Of a DNA stretch of 43,737 nt, positions 30,167 to 39,164 are shown one piece after another. Made by a program: the position numbers and the translations under genes. Every line of letters begins with the position of its first letter. Positions within the stretch are counted from its first letter, which is position 1. Source of the stretch: Candidatus Eiseniibacteriota bacterium. Lineage in GTDB: Bacteria; Eisenbacteria; RBG-16-71-46; CAIMUX01; WJJG01. The stretch lies in contig JAZDGX010000129.1 in assembly GCA_043806645.1 (NCBI GenBank), positions 1 to 43,737 of the forward strand. Direction: 5' to 3'. A model generated the notes under the pieces. It was not told where the DNA came from, did not search any database, and was given only the letters and a program-made list of their open reading frames with translations.

Positions 30167-31390
30167 ATAGACCGCCGGAAAGCTCGCATAGAATGCAGCC
30201 GCCTTCACTAGATGATCGATCGGACACGATTCATCCGGTGCGTGCGCCTGCTCTTCAAAACCGGGTCCGAACCCGACACACGGAATGCCGTGCAGACCGC
30301 AAATCGCGACGCCATTGGTCGAGAAGATCCAGCGTTCCTCCCCGGCGTCCTCCCGGGCGCCGCCGAGGATCGCCGCGCGGGTCTCATGCGCGGCCCGCAC
30401 CGCAGGGTGGTCGCGCTTCACGATCCAGGCGGGAAAGACAGCATCGGTCGGATAGACCTTGCCCGTATACGCCGCCCGGGCATATCGCTTGACCCCGATG
30501 CGGATCGAGTTCTCGCGCGCGTCCGGAAGCTGGGTCACGGCGCTGCGAATCGCGCTCATCACCGACTCCCGCGTCTCGCCCCAGGTGAGGCGGCGGTCCA
30601 CATGCGCGCGGGCCACGTCGGGAATCGCGCACAGGCTCGGGCCCCGGCCGATGAAGTGGGTCACGGCCATGCTGCCCGGTCCGAGAAACGGATCGGCGGG
30701 CAGGTCGGGGGCCAAGCGTTCGATGGTCTTGACGATCTCCGCCATGCGGTAGATCGCGTTCCTCCCCCGCTCGGGAGCCGAAGCGTGCGCGGAGCGCCCC
30801 AGGACTTCGATCTCGATTTCCATGCGCCCGCGCTGTCCGCGATAGACGCGGCAGGCGGTGGGTTCGGTGAGCACGCAGACCTCCGGCTGCAGATGTTCCT
30901 CTCGGATCAAGTGCTGCCAGCAGAGGCCGTCGCAATCTTCTTCCATGACCGTTCCGGTCACGAACAGCGAGAATTCCCCCTCCAGATGCAGTTCCTTCAA
31001 GATGCGGCCGGCGAAGACGAGCGCCGCCATGCCCCCCTTCTGGTCGGCCGCCCCACGCCCCCACACGCGGCCGTCCGCGACCCTGCCCTCGTGGGGATCG
31101 AAGCTCCAATCATCGCGATTGCCGACATCGACGGTGTCGACATGCGCGTCCATGGCGATGCAGATGGGACCGTGGCCCACGCGGCCGATCACGCTGCCCA
31201 GTCCATCGACGCGCACCTCGTCGAAATGGAACCCTTCCATGGCGGCGCGAATGCGACCGATGACGCGCTCTTCCTGGCAACTGAGAGAGGGAATGCGGAT
31301 CAATTCAGCCAGGAATTCCGCCAGTTCATCCCGGTAGAGTTCGGCCCGCTCGAGAACCCGATCGTAGATGCCCCTGTCCATTCCCGTCAT
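30152..31390 (-). CDS. ygeY: YgeY-family M20 metallohydrolase (selenium-metabolism-linked)
   Basis: DAHVDTV, GRGAADQKGG, VMEEDCDGLCWQ, LTEPT, YRGQRGRMEI, FSTNGV, GFGPG.EEQAHAPDE. Start 31390 or 31381; the longer ORF N-terminus looks spurious. Confidence 0.88.
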   Translation of the reverse strand: MTGMDRGIYDRVLERAELYRDELAEFLAELIRIPSLSCQEERVIGRIRAAMEGFHFDEVRVDGLGSVIGRVGHGPICIAMDAHVDTVDVGNRDDWSFDPHEGRVADGRVWGRGAADQKGGMAALVFAGRILKELHLEGEFSLFVTGTVMEEDCDGLCWQHLIREEHLQPEVCVLTEPTACRVYRGQRGRMEIEIEVLGRSAHASAPERGRNAIYRMAEIVKTIERLAPDLPADPFLGPGSMAVTHFIGRGPSLCAIPDVARAHVDRRLTWGETRESVMSAIRSAVTQLPDARENSIRIGVKRYARAAYTGKVYPTDAVFPAWIVKRDHPAVRAAHETRAAILGGAREDAGEERWIFSTNGVAICGLHGIPCVGFGPGFEEQAHAPDESCPIDHLVKAAAFYASFPAVYGERR

Positions 31391-31611
31391 CCCCGCTTCC
31401 ATTGGACCTTGCGACGCTTCGAACCCGCGACCTGCGGAGCCCTCCGGTCTTCCTTCCAATCTCAACCTCTCCATCCTGCGATTCGGCCCTGCGAGCTCAC
31501 CCTCCACGCTCAGCCTCCAGCCGCGGGCCGGAGAAGCTGCCCGCCCTCGACCTCGTCGGACGCGCGGGCAAGCCGCTCCCATGTGCCAATCTACCATATC
31601 GCTATTCCCGT

Positions 31612-31708
31612 GGCGCTTCCCGCGCGTGGGCGCGAGGGAAGTCTCCTTCCTCAGCGCCTGGACCTCGGCGCGCGGGGGCGCTTCCCGCCCGTGGGCGCGA
31701 GGGAAGTC
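31612..31708. repeat. Two 32-bp direct repeats, each a hairpin
   Basis: GGCGCTTCCCGCSCGTGGGCGCGAGGGAAGTC at 31612-31643 and 31677-31708, one mismatch; internal CTTCCC/GGGAAG stem. Confidence 0.8.
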
Positions 31709-31838
31709 GCCCCGCTGGCGTGTGCCCCTCTCGATCGGCTTTGCCTGGCGACCCGCGCTCCTAGGCGACGATGGAATGTCATGTTCGAGAAAATACTTCA
31801 CAATAGAGAGTAATCGCGATTCTGACGGGACTTTCTTC

Positions 31839-31869
31839 TTGACATGATTTCTGTCGGAGTCGATAACTT
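31839..31869 (+). promoter_or_regulatory. Candidate sigma70 promoter of the microcompartment operon
   Basis: TTGACA at 31839-31844 and GATAAC/TAACTT 17-19 nt downstream in an AT-enriched patch. Confidence 0.55.
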
Positions 31870-31921
31870 CCGTTTGGAAAGCATCGCCAGCCGGGCCATC
31901 TCTCGTCAAGGGGAGCGAAGA

Positions 31922-32269
31922 TTGGAATTCGACGAAAACCTGACCTCCTCTGCCCGGCTGTCGATTCTCGCGTGTCTGGTTCCGGGAGCTCCCGTGTCAT
32001 TTACGGAACTGAAGAAAAAATCAGGACTTGCAGATGGTAACCTCCATGTGCAGTGCAGGAAGCTGGAGCAGGCCGGGTACATCGAGGCCATCCGCGGACA
32101 ACGGGGGCGACGCTCTTGGACTCGATTCCGGATTTCCGAGCTCGGCTTGGCCTCCATCAGACTTCATGTACGAAAGCTCAGGACCATCCTCGAGACCGAA
32201 TCCGGAACGATCGCTCCCTCGCCCAAGCCCAAAGGGAAGCAGGATGAATCTCAAGTCTGGTCGAGATAA
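31922..32269 (+). CDS. Winged-helix transcriptional regulator (HTH_34 / MarR-ArsR-like)
   Basis: RLSILACL...VSFTELKKKSGLADGNLHVQCRKLEQAGYI...TRFRISELG; TTG start after AAGGGGAG. Confidence 0.82.
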   Translation: MEFDENLTSSARLSILACLVPGAPVSFTELKKKSGLADGNLHVQCRKLEQAGYIEAIRGQRGRRSWTRFRISELGLASIRLHVRKLRTILETESGTIAPSPKPKGKQDESQVWSR

Positions 32270-32311
32270 ACAGTTATCGAGCGACGACCCCGTCGATCCG
32301 GAGAGGGGATC

Positions 32312-33755
32312 ATGAAGATCGCGTTGGGCTCTGACCATGGCGGTTTTGCCCTGAAACAGCAACTTCTCGCCCACCTTCGGTCTCAGGGCCACGAGGTCCT
32401 TGACGTCGGGACTTCATCCTCCGAAGCAACCGACTATCCCATCTTTGCCGAGAAGGTCGCCCGCCAGGTGGCGGACAAGAAGTCCCAGCGGGGCATCATG
32501 ATCGATGGGGCGGGGATTGGATCGGCGATAGTGGCCAACAAGATCCCCGGGGTTCGTGCAGCCTTGGCCTACGACATCTCCTCCGCCGTCAACAGCCGGG
32601 AGCACAACGATGCGAACGTCCTCACGTTGGGCGCGGGCCTGATCGGGCCCGTCCTGGCGCGGCAGATCGTGGAGGCGTGGCTGTCTGCCAACTGCAAAGA
32701 AGACAGACACTTGCGAAGGGTGGCCTTGATTTCAGAGATCGAACGGGGGGGCCGGGGCTCCTCGCCCACCCCGACTTCGGCGGCAGCCGGAGGCTCGGTC
32801 GTCGGAGGCTCCGTCGCCGGAAGCCCGCCGCTCGCGATTTCCAGCGAGGACATGGAAAGAATCGCCCGCCAGCTCGAGGTCCTGCTGTCCGACTCCCCCG
32901 TGTCCGGACCCCTGCAACCATCCTCCCAAGCCACGCCGGTGACCGGGGCTCTCGAGGGCCTGACGCTCACCCGGCCTCTCTGGCCGACCGTGTCGACCAG
33001 CCCCGGAACCGCACGTCGGTTCATCGAGCTCGGGGTCGGGCGCTTCTCGGTCCCCGGCCCGCGGCCCGGCCCGATCCCGGAGGACATCGCCAGCTACATC
33101 GACCACACCCTGCTCAAACCCGACGCGACCCGCGGGCAGATCGTCCGCCTCTGCGGCGAAGCGCGCGAACATCACTTCGCGGCGGTCTGCGTCAATCCCC
33201 TTTGGGCCGCCCTCGCCGCCGACGAATTGAAGGGCTCGGGGGTGATCGCCTGCGCCGTGGTGGGCTTTCCTTTGGGCGCGACCTATCCGGAGGCCAAGTC
33301 CATGGAGGCCCGCCGCGCAATCCGCGGGGGCGCCCGCGAAATCGACATGGTCATCAACATCGGGGCGCTCAAGGACGGCGATGACGAAGGGGTTCTGTCC
33401 GATATCCGTGCAGTGGTCGAGGCATGCCGCGACGGCAGCGCGCGCTGCAAGGTGATCCTCGAGACCGCATTGTTGACCGACGACGAGAAGCGACGTGCAT
33501 GCCGTTTGGCCCGGCGCGCGCGGGCCCACTTCGTCAAGACGTCGACCGGATTCGGGCCCGGCGGGGCGACCGCGGACGACGTCGCACTGATGGCGGCCGA
33601 GGTGCGGCCCGCGGGCATGGAGGTCAAGGCCTCGGGGGGGCATCCGTTCCTATCCCGATGCCCAGCGCATGATCGAGGCGGGCGCGACGAGGATCGGCGC
33701 CAGCGCAGGGGTCGCGATCGTAGCGGAGGCACGGGCCGCGATGCCCGTGGGCTAG
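32312..33755 (+). CDS. deoC: RpiB-like isomerase / deoxyribose-phosphate aldolase (DeoC) fusion, with one extra G in the G7 run at 33634-33640
   Basis: N-terminal [28 protein letters not shown] (RpiB); [42 protein letters not shown] (DeoC). Removing one G restores [26 protein letters not shown]...TAG 33755. Confidence 0.9.
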
Positions 33756-33821
33756 CGGGTATCGGGCTCGGCCGCTGCGCCGCGGCGGCAAGTCAGAGGA
33801 GATCGAGCGAGGAGAAGGTCG

Positions 33822-34460
33822 ATGGCCGAATTGCGAGCCTATGTGTTTCTCGACAGCCTCCAGCCCCAGTTCGCCTCCTTTCAGGCGACCGTCTCCCAGG
33901 GCTTTCTCCCCAAGGAGCGCGAGGCCAGCCTGTTCGTCGAGGTGTCTCCGGGGATCGAGATCAACCGCATTACCGATGTCGCGTTGAAGTCGACGCGCGT
34001 CACTCCCGGCATGCAGATCGTCGAGCGGCTTTACGGAATGCTCGAGATCCACTCCCCCAGCCAGGCGGACATCCGCCAGGCCGGACGCGCGATCCTGGGC
34101 GAAATGGGCGTGCGCGAAGAGGACCGACTCAAGCCGCGCGTGCTCTCGAATCAGATCGTGCGCCATCTGGACGATCACCAGACGCAGCTGATCAACCGGA
34201 TGCGCCACGGCAACATGATCCTCGCCGGGCAGACGCTCTTCATTCTGGAATGCGAGCCGGCCGCCTATGCCGCGCTGGCGGCCAACGAGGCCGAGAAGGC
34301 GGCCGAGATCAACATCCTCGAGGTTCGCTCATTCGGGAGCTTCGGGCGCGTCTATCTGGGCGGCGAGGATCGCGACATCGACGTTGCCGCGCCGGCCGCC
34401 GTCAAGGCGATCGAGGGGCTGAGCGGACGCGTCCTGGAACACAAACCCGCAAGGCAGTGA
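33822..34460 (+). CDS. BMC shell trimer, double-layer permuted type (BMC-Tdp, CcmP/CsoS1D-like)
   Basis: [52 protein letters not shown]. Confidence 0.92.
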   Translation: MAELRAYVFLDSLQPQFASFQATVSQGFLPKEREASLFVEVSPGIEINRITDVALKSTRVTPGMQIVERLYGMLEIHSPSQADIRQAGRAILGEMGVREEDRLKPRVLSNQIVRHLDDHQTQLINRMRHGNMILAGQTLFILECEPAAYAALAANEAEKAAEINILEVRSFGSFGRVYLGGEDRDIDVAAPAAVKAIEGLSGRVLEHKPARQ

Positions 34461-34620
34461 GCCCCCCCGGGGGCGCGGGCGGGAGGCGACAGGGAAGTCG
34501 CCCTCGCCCGCACTGTGGAACAGGCGGAGCAGTGGCAACGGGGTGCACGCCCCGGCAGGGGCGGGCGAAGGCCGCAGGGCCGTTCGCCGAAGTGATATCC
34601 AACCAAAGGAGCAGGGATCC

Positions 34621-34917
34621 ATGGCAGAAGCTCTGGGCATGATCGAATGCCGCTGCTTTCCGGCGATGGTGGAAGCGGCGGACGCAATGGTCAAGGCAGC
34701 CAAAGTGGAACTGGTGAGCTATGAGAAGACCGGCGGGGGCTACACGACCGCCATCATCCGCGGCGATGTCGCCGCAGTGAAGGCGGCGTGCGACGCGGGC
34801 CAGACCGCCGGCGCGCGCGTCGGAGAACTGGTCGCCGTGCACATCATCGCGCGCCCGCACGCCAACGTCGACCTGGTGATTCCGCTCGGCCGCCAAGCCG
34901 AACCGGCGAAGAAGTAG
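34621..34917 (+). CDS. BMC shell hexamer (BMC-H, EutM/PduA-like)
   Basis: ALGMIE...[11 protein letters not shown]...[10 protein letters not shown]...HIIARPH; AAAGGAG upstream. Confidence 0.96.
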   Translation: MAEALGMIECRCFPAMVEAADAMVKAAKVELVSYEKTGGGYTTAIIRGDVAAVKAACDAGQTAGARVGELVAVHIIARPHANVDLVIPLGRQAEPAKK

Positions 34918-34925
34918 GCCGCAGG

Positions 34926-34971
34926 CGATCCGCGGGTCGCGTCGAGGGCCGTGCCGGCGGCCCGCGGATCG
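34926..34971 (+). other. Intra-operonic stem-loop after BMC-H
   Basis: CGATCCGCGGGTCGC ... GCGGCCCGCGGATCG, 15-bp stem with one G-U pair, no U-tract. Confidence 0.65.
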
Positions 34972-34997
34972 GGCCATGAGAATTCGGAGGACGGCGC

Positions 34998-35297
34998 ATG
35001 AATCTCGCGAGGGTTCTGGGCACGGTCGTCTCTACCCGCAAGGAGACCAGCCTCGAAGGGCTGAAGTTTCTTCTGCTCGGTCAAGTCGATCCGGAGCGCG
35101 CGCTGACCGGCACCACCCTGGTCGCGGCCGACGCGGTCGGGGCCGGCGTCGGCGAATACGTGCTCTACGCCACCGGCAGTTCGGCGCGACAGACGAAGCT
35201 CACCGATCAACGGCCGTGCGATGCGGTGGTGATGGCGATCGTCGACACCTGGGAGATCGGCGGGCTGGAGCTCTACAAGAAGGGTCGCGATGATTGA
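34998..35297 (+). CDS. BMC vertex pentamer (BMC-P, EutN/CcmL)
   Basis: ARVLGTVVSTRK...VAADAVGAGVGEYVL..GSSAR...DAVVMAIVD. Confidence 0.95.
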   Translation: MNLARVLGTVVSTRKETSLEGLKFLLLGQVDPERALTGTTLVAADAVGAGVGEYVLYATGSSARQTKLTDQRPCDAVVMAIVDTWEIGGLELYKKGRDD

Positions 35298-35346
35298 CCG
35301 TCGGGATGCCGCGCCGCAGGCGGCGCGGCGAGGGCGATGATCACTC

Positions 35347-36852
35347 ATGAGTAGACTGACGGACGAACAGATCGGCCAGATTGCGGGGATCCTCGCCTCG
35401 CGTGCGGGCGCGCGGGGCGTGGCTTTCGCCCCCACCGCCACCCTGGGCGAAGCCGAGGCCGCCCCGTCCCCGCCTCACTCCATCCCGCCGCATCCGCCCT
35501 CCCCCACCCCGTCCCCGGCCCAAAGCGCGCCGGGCGTTTACGCCGACGTGGGGGCCGCCGTCTCTGCCGCGCGGCTCGCGTTCCTGAGACTGAGTCGGGA
35601 GAAGCTCGAGTTGCGCGAGCGCATCATCTCTGCGATGCGCACGCTGCTGCTGCAGGAGGCGGAGGCCCTCGCGCGCCTGGCCCACGAGGAGACCGGCTAC
35701 GGCCGCTATGAGGACAAGATCATCAAGAACCGCGTGGTCACCGGCAAGACCCCCGGCCTCGAGGATCTCCGTCCGGAGGCGGTGAGCGGCGATCGTGGCT
35801 TGACCCTGGTCGAGCCGGCCCCCTACGGCGTGATCGGCGCCATCACGCCGGTCACGAATCCCTCGAGCACGGTGATCAACAACGCGATCGGCATGCTGGC
35901 CGCGGGCAACAGCGTCGTCTTCAACTGCCACCCCAGCGCGAGGCGGGTCGGCTGCCGCACCGTAGAAGTGATCAATGAGGCGGTCATGTCGGCCGGCGGG
36001 CCGGCCGATCTGGCCGTGGCGATCGCCGAGCCCACGATCGCTTCCGCGCAGGCGCTGATGAAGCATCCCGACGTGCGCCTGCTCGTCGTGACGGGAGGGG
36101 CCGGCGTGGTCGCGCAAGCCATGGCGAGCGGCAAGCGCGCGATCTGCGCCGGGCCGGGCAATCCGCCCGTGGTGGTCGACGAAAGCGCCGACCTGGACCG
36201 GGCGGGCCGGGACATCGTGCTGGGCGCCTCGTTCGACAACAACATCATTTGCGTCGACGAGAAGGAAGTCTTCGTCGTCGCCTCCGTCGCCGACGCGCTG
36301 CTCGATTCGCTCGTGCGCCACGGCGCCTATCGTCTCGACCCCGCGCGCCTGCCGCAGTTGGAGCGCGTGATCTTCGAGAGCCTGCGGGGACCGCGCGAAC
36401 CGGGACAGATCAACAAGGAGCTGATCGGCAAGAACGCCGAGGTGATCCTGGCCCGGCTCGGATTGAGCGCCCGTCCCGAGACGCGGCTGGTCGTGGTCGA
36501 GGTGCCTCCCGAGCACCCGCTCGTATGGACCGAACAGATGATGCCCGTGCTGCCCATCGTGCGGGCACCGGATGCCGAGCGGGCGATCGACATGGCCATC
36601 GCCGCCGAACGGGGCATGCGCCACACCGCCGCGATGCATTCGCGCAATCTCGACCATCTGAGCCGCATGGCGCGCGAGATCGACTGCTCGATCTTCATCA
36701 AGAACGGTCCGTGCTACGCCGGCCTCGGGGCCGGGGGCGAGGGGCATAGCAGCTTCACCATCGCCAGCCCCACCGGCGAGGGGCTGACCGGCCCGCGCAG
36801 CTTCAGCCGCCTGCGGCGCTGCGTGCTCGTCGATCATTTCCGTATCGTATGA
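35347..36852 (+). CDS. CoA-acylating aldehyde dehydrogenase (EutE/PduP-like) with N-terminal encapsulation peptide
   Basis: PYGVIGAITPVTNP, VTGG, AGPGNPP, catalytic SFDNNIIC..EKE, FTIASPTGEG; N-terminal amphipathic helix LTDEQIGQIAGIL followed by a Pro-rich linker. Confidence 0.93.
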   Translation: MSRLTDEQIGQIAGILASRAGARGVAFAPTATLGEAEAAPSPPHSIPPHPPSPTPSPAQSAPGVYADVGAAVSAARLAFLRLSREKLELRERIISAMRTLLLQEAEALARLAHEETGYGRYEDKIIKNRVVTGKTPGLEDLRPEAVSGDRGLTLVEPAPYGVIGAITPVTNPSSTVINNAIGMLAAGNSVVFNCHPSARRVGCRTVEVINEAVMSAGGPADLAVAIAEPTIASAQALMKHPDVRLLVVTGGAGVVAQAMASGKRAICAGPGNPPVVVDESADLDRAGRDIVLGASFDNNIICVDEKEVFVVASVADALLDSLVRHGAYRLDPARLPQLERVIFESLRGPREPGQINKELIGKNAEVILARLGLSARPETRLVVVEVPPEHPLVWTEQMMPVLPIVRAPDAERAIDMAIAAERGMRHTAAMHSRNLDHLSRMAREIDCSIFIKNGPCYAGLGAGGEGHSSFTIASPTGEGLTGPRSFSRLRRCVLVDHFRIV

Positions 36853-36875
36853 ACCGATCCGGGGGCAAGGACGCC

Positions 36876-37514
36876 ATGGCACATCCCGCGCTGGCCCTGC
36901 TCGAGTTCGAGAGTGTGGCGATCGGCATCCTGGCGGCCGATGCGATCGTCAAGCGCGCCCCCATCGCGCTCCTGAAGACCGGCACGATCCATCCTGGTCA
37001 CTATCTGGTCCTGTTGGCCGGGTCGGTCGCGTCCGTGACCGAGTCGTACCGGGCGGGCCTGGACGCAGGCGGCGCGTTCCTGCTCGACCAGGTGCTGCTT
37101 CCCGACGTCCATCCCGAGGTGCACGATGGATGCCTCGGCGCGCGGCGCCCGCTCGAGAGCGACGCCCTCGGCGTGCTCGAAACGCGCAGCGTCGCGAGCC
37201 TCCTGCGCTCCGCCGACGCGGCGGTCAAGGGCGCGCAGGTGCACATCGCGGAGATCCGCCTTGCCGACGGCCTGGGCGGACGCGCCTTCGTGCTCTTCGA
37301 TGGACCGGTGGCCGATGTACAGACCGCCCTCGAGATCGGTGCCTCGCGCATCCCCGACGATCGCTTGCTCACCTGCGCAATCCTCCCCCGGTTGGACGGC
37401 GCGGTGCGCATGGCGCTCAACGAAGGGACCCGCTTCGCCGCCTGCGCGCCGCTCGAGCCGACCGGAGCGGAAGCCGACGAAAGCCTGGGCCTCGGCGAGG
37501 AGCCGGCCTGGTAG
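36876..37514 (+). CDS. BMC shell trimer, single-layer type (BMC-Ts, PduT-like)
   Basis: Two BMC domains (ALALLEFESVAIGILAADAIVK; ALGVLETRSVASLLRSADAAVK...GLGGRA); alternative coupled start at 36849. Confidence 0.9.
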   Translation: MAHPALALLEFESVAIGILAADAIVKRAPIALLKTGTIHPGHYLVLLAGSVASVTESYRAGLDAGGAFLLDQVLLPDVHPEVHDGCLGARRPLESDALGVLETRSVASLLRSADAAVKGAQVHIAEIRLADGLGGRAFVLFDGPVADVQTALEIGASRIPDDRLLTCAILPRLDGAVRMALNEGTRFAACAPLEPTGAEADESLGLGEEPAW

Positions 37515-37626
37515 AGCAGGGCCCGCCCCGCGCGCGGGCGGGCGGGGCGGAGTGAGTCCATCGCGCAAGCGCGGGCGGGAAGCGAAGGAAGTTGCTCGAA
37601 CGCAAGGACGGGAGGCGGATCGAACG

Positions 37627-37938
37627 ATGAAGATCGGACGCGTCATCGGCACACTGGTCCCTTGCGTCGTCTATGACGGCCTGGCGGGCGTGCCACTGCT
37701 GTGGGTGCAGCCGCTCGCGCCCGGGGGAGAAGCGCGGGGCCGGCCCATCGTCTGCGCCGATTCGACCCGCATGGCGGGGCCGGGCGAGTGGATCTACTAC
37801 GAAAGCAGCCGCGAGGCCGCGCTGGCCCTCGAACCCTGGTTCGTTCCGGTCGACGATGCCATCGTGGGCATCATCGACGGTGTCAACCTGGAAGAAGAGA
37901 CACCGGACCGGACGGAGCAGCACGGAAGACATTCGTAG
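37627..37938 (+). CDS. BMC vertex pentamer (BMC-P) no. 2
   Basis: MKIGRVIGTLV...LLWVQPL...AGPGEWI...SREAA...VDDAIVGIID; GGAGG SD. Confidence 0.9.
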   Translation: MKIGRVIGTLVPCVVYDGLAGVPLLWVQPLAPGGEARGRPIVCADSTRMAGPGEWIYYESSREAALALEPWFVPVDDAIVGIIDGVNLEEETPDRTEQHGRHS

Positions 37939-37970
37939 CACGGGAGACATTCGTAGCACGGGAGACATGC
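37918..37970. repeat. 18-bp tandem repeat x3
   Basis: AGCACGGRAGACATTCGT units spanning the BMC-P2 stop; the last copy supplies the GGGAG SD of BMC-P3. Confidence 0.85.
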
Positions 37971-37971
37971 A

Positions 37972-38343
37972 ATGATCATCGGCCGCGTGACGGGATCGCT
38001 CTACTCGACGATCAATCATCCGATCCTCGATTACCGCAAGCTGCTCGTTGTGGAGAAGCTGGCACCGGACGGCACGCCGCTCGATGACTATCTCGTCGCC
38101 ATCGATACCGTCGACGCGGGCGTCGGCCAGATCGTGCTCATGATCGATGAGGGCAACTCGGCCCGGCAGGTGCTTGCCGCTCCCAACGCTCCCACGCGCT
38201 CGATCATCGTCGGGATCATCGATGCCATCGACATACCGGACGCGGACCCGGCGCGCCGCACGCCCCGCGCGGGCGGACCGGCAGGGACCGGACTGGGTCC
38301 CGCCCGGCCCAAGGCCGGCCGGTCCGGGAAATCGCCGTCATGA
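37972..38343 (+). CDS. BMC vertex pentamer (BMC-P) no. 3
   Basis: MIIGRVTGSLYST...VAIDTVDAGVGQIVL..EGNSARQ...IIVGIID, then a Pro/Gly/Arg tail. Confidence 0.92.
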   Translation: MIIGRVTGSLYSTINHPILDYRKLLVVEKLAPDGTPLDDYLVAIDTVDAGVGQIVLMIDEGNSARQVLAAPNAPTRSIIVGIIDAIDIPDADPARRTPRAGGPAGTGLGPARPKAGRSGKSPS

Positions 38344-39029
38344 TGGCGGAGTTTCTCATCCGCCGCAGCGTCGTCGAGGCGGGGCACCGCTTGTACGCCT
38401 GCGGTCTGGTGGCCGCGACGGACGGCAACATCAGCGCGCGCCTGCCCGGCCGCCGCCTGCTGGTCACGCCGGCAGGCTCCTGTCTGGGAGAGTTATGCGC
38501 GGAGGATCTGATCGTCGTCACCGACCTGTCCCTCTCCGGCAGGCCACCCTCCGATCACCTGCCCGCTCGGCGGCGGCCGACGAGCGAGCTGCCCCTGCAT
38601 CTGGCGGCGTATGCAGAGCGACCCGACATCGCCGCGCTCGTGCATGCCCATCCCCTCACGGTGACCGCGTTCACCGTGGCCGGCCTCACCCTGGATCTGC
38701 CCGTCCTCCCCGAGGTCCTGCTCTCCCTTGGACCGATTGCCACCGCGCCTTACGCCACCCCCTCGACCGGCGAAGGCGCCCGCGTCATCCGCGGGATCAT
38801 CGGCGCCCATGATGTGATCGTGCTCGATCGCCATGGCGCGATCGCGGTGGGCACAGATGCCATTGATGCCTGCCGCAAGATGGAGAAGCTTGAACAGGCG
38901 GCCCGCATTCTCTTGAACGCGCATCAGCTGGGCCGAGTACAAACGCTTCCGGAAGCCGAGGTCGAGCGCCTGAATGCCATGCGGCTCCGTTGCTTCCAGA
39001 CCGCCCCCCCGACCGCGACCCCGCGCTAG
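38340..39029 (+). CDS. Class II aldolase/adducin family protein (FucA-like)
   Basis: TDGNISAR, VTPAG, PTSE..LH, Zn ligands VHAHP and RHG. Confidence 0.92.
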   Translation: MMAEFLIRRSVVEAGHRLYACGLVAATDGNISARLPGRRLLVTPAGSCLGELCAEDLIVVTDLSLSGRPPSDHLPARRRPTSELPLHLAAYAERPDIAALVHAHPLTVTAFTVAGLTLDLPVLPEVLLSLGPIATAPYATPSTGEGARVIRGIIGAHDVIVLDRHGAIAVGTDAIDACRKMEKLEQAARILLNAHQLGRVQTLPEAEVERLNAMRLRCFQTAPPTATPR

Positions 39030-39052
39030 ATGCTCCCCATCCCACTGCCCGG

Positions 39053-39081
39053 TTGAAACGATCGCACTTTGCCGTTATACT
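39053..39081 (+). promoter_or_regulatory. Sigma70-type promoter
   Basis: TTGAAA-17 nt-TATACT, marking a new transcription unit after the BMC operon. Confidence 0.75.
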
Positions 39082-39164
39082 TCTCTGGCTTGCATCACTT
39101 GGACACCCGGGGACGACATCTCTCCTGGCGGATTTGCAGCGCCCGGAGACTCGAGGGAGGCACC

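Noticed and set aside
31391-31909. N-terminal extension of YgeY in the ORF track (likewise the extensions at 16075, 18935, 37126 and 29204)
   Set aside because: Low-complexity Arg/Pro/Gly-rich translation with no family motifs; downstream starts match the family N-termini and mostly have SD sites or stop-start coupling.
32312-34642. 776-aa ORF as a genuine three-part fusion
   Set aside because: Sequence after VKASGG is out-of-frame read-through overlapping BMC-T; the true DeoC end is in the shifted frame.
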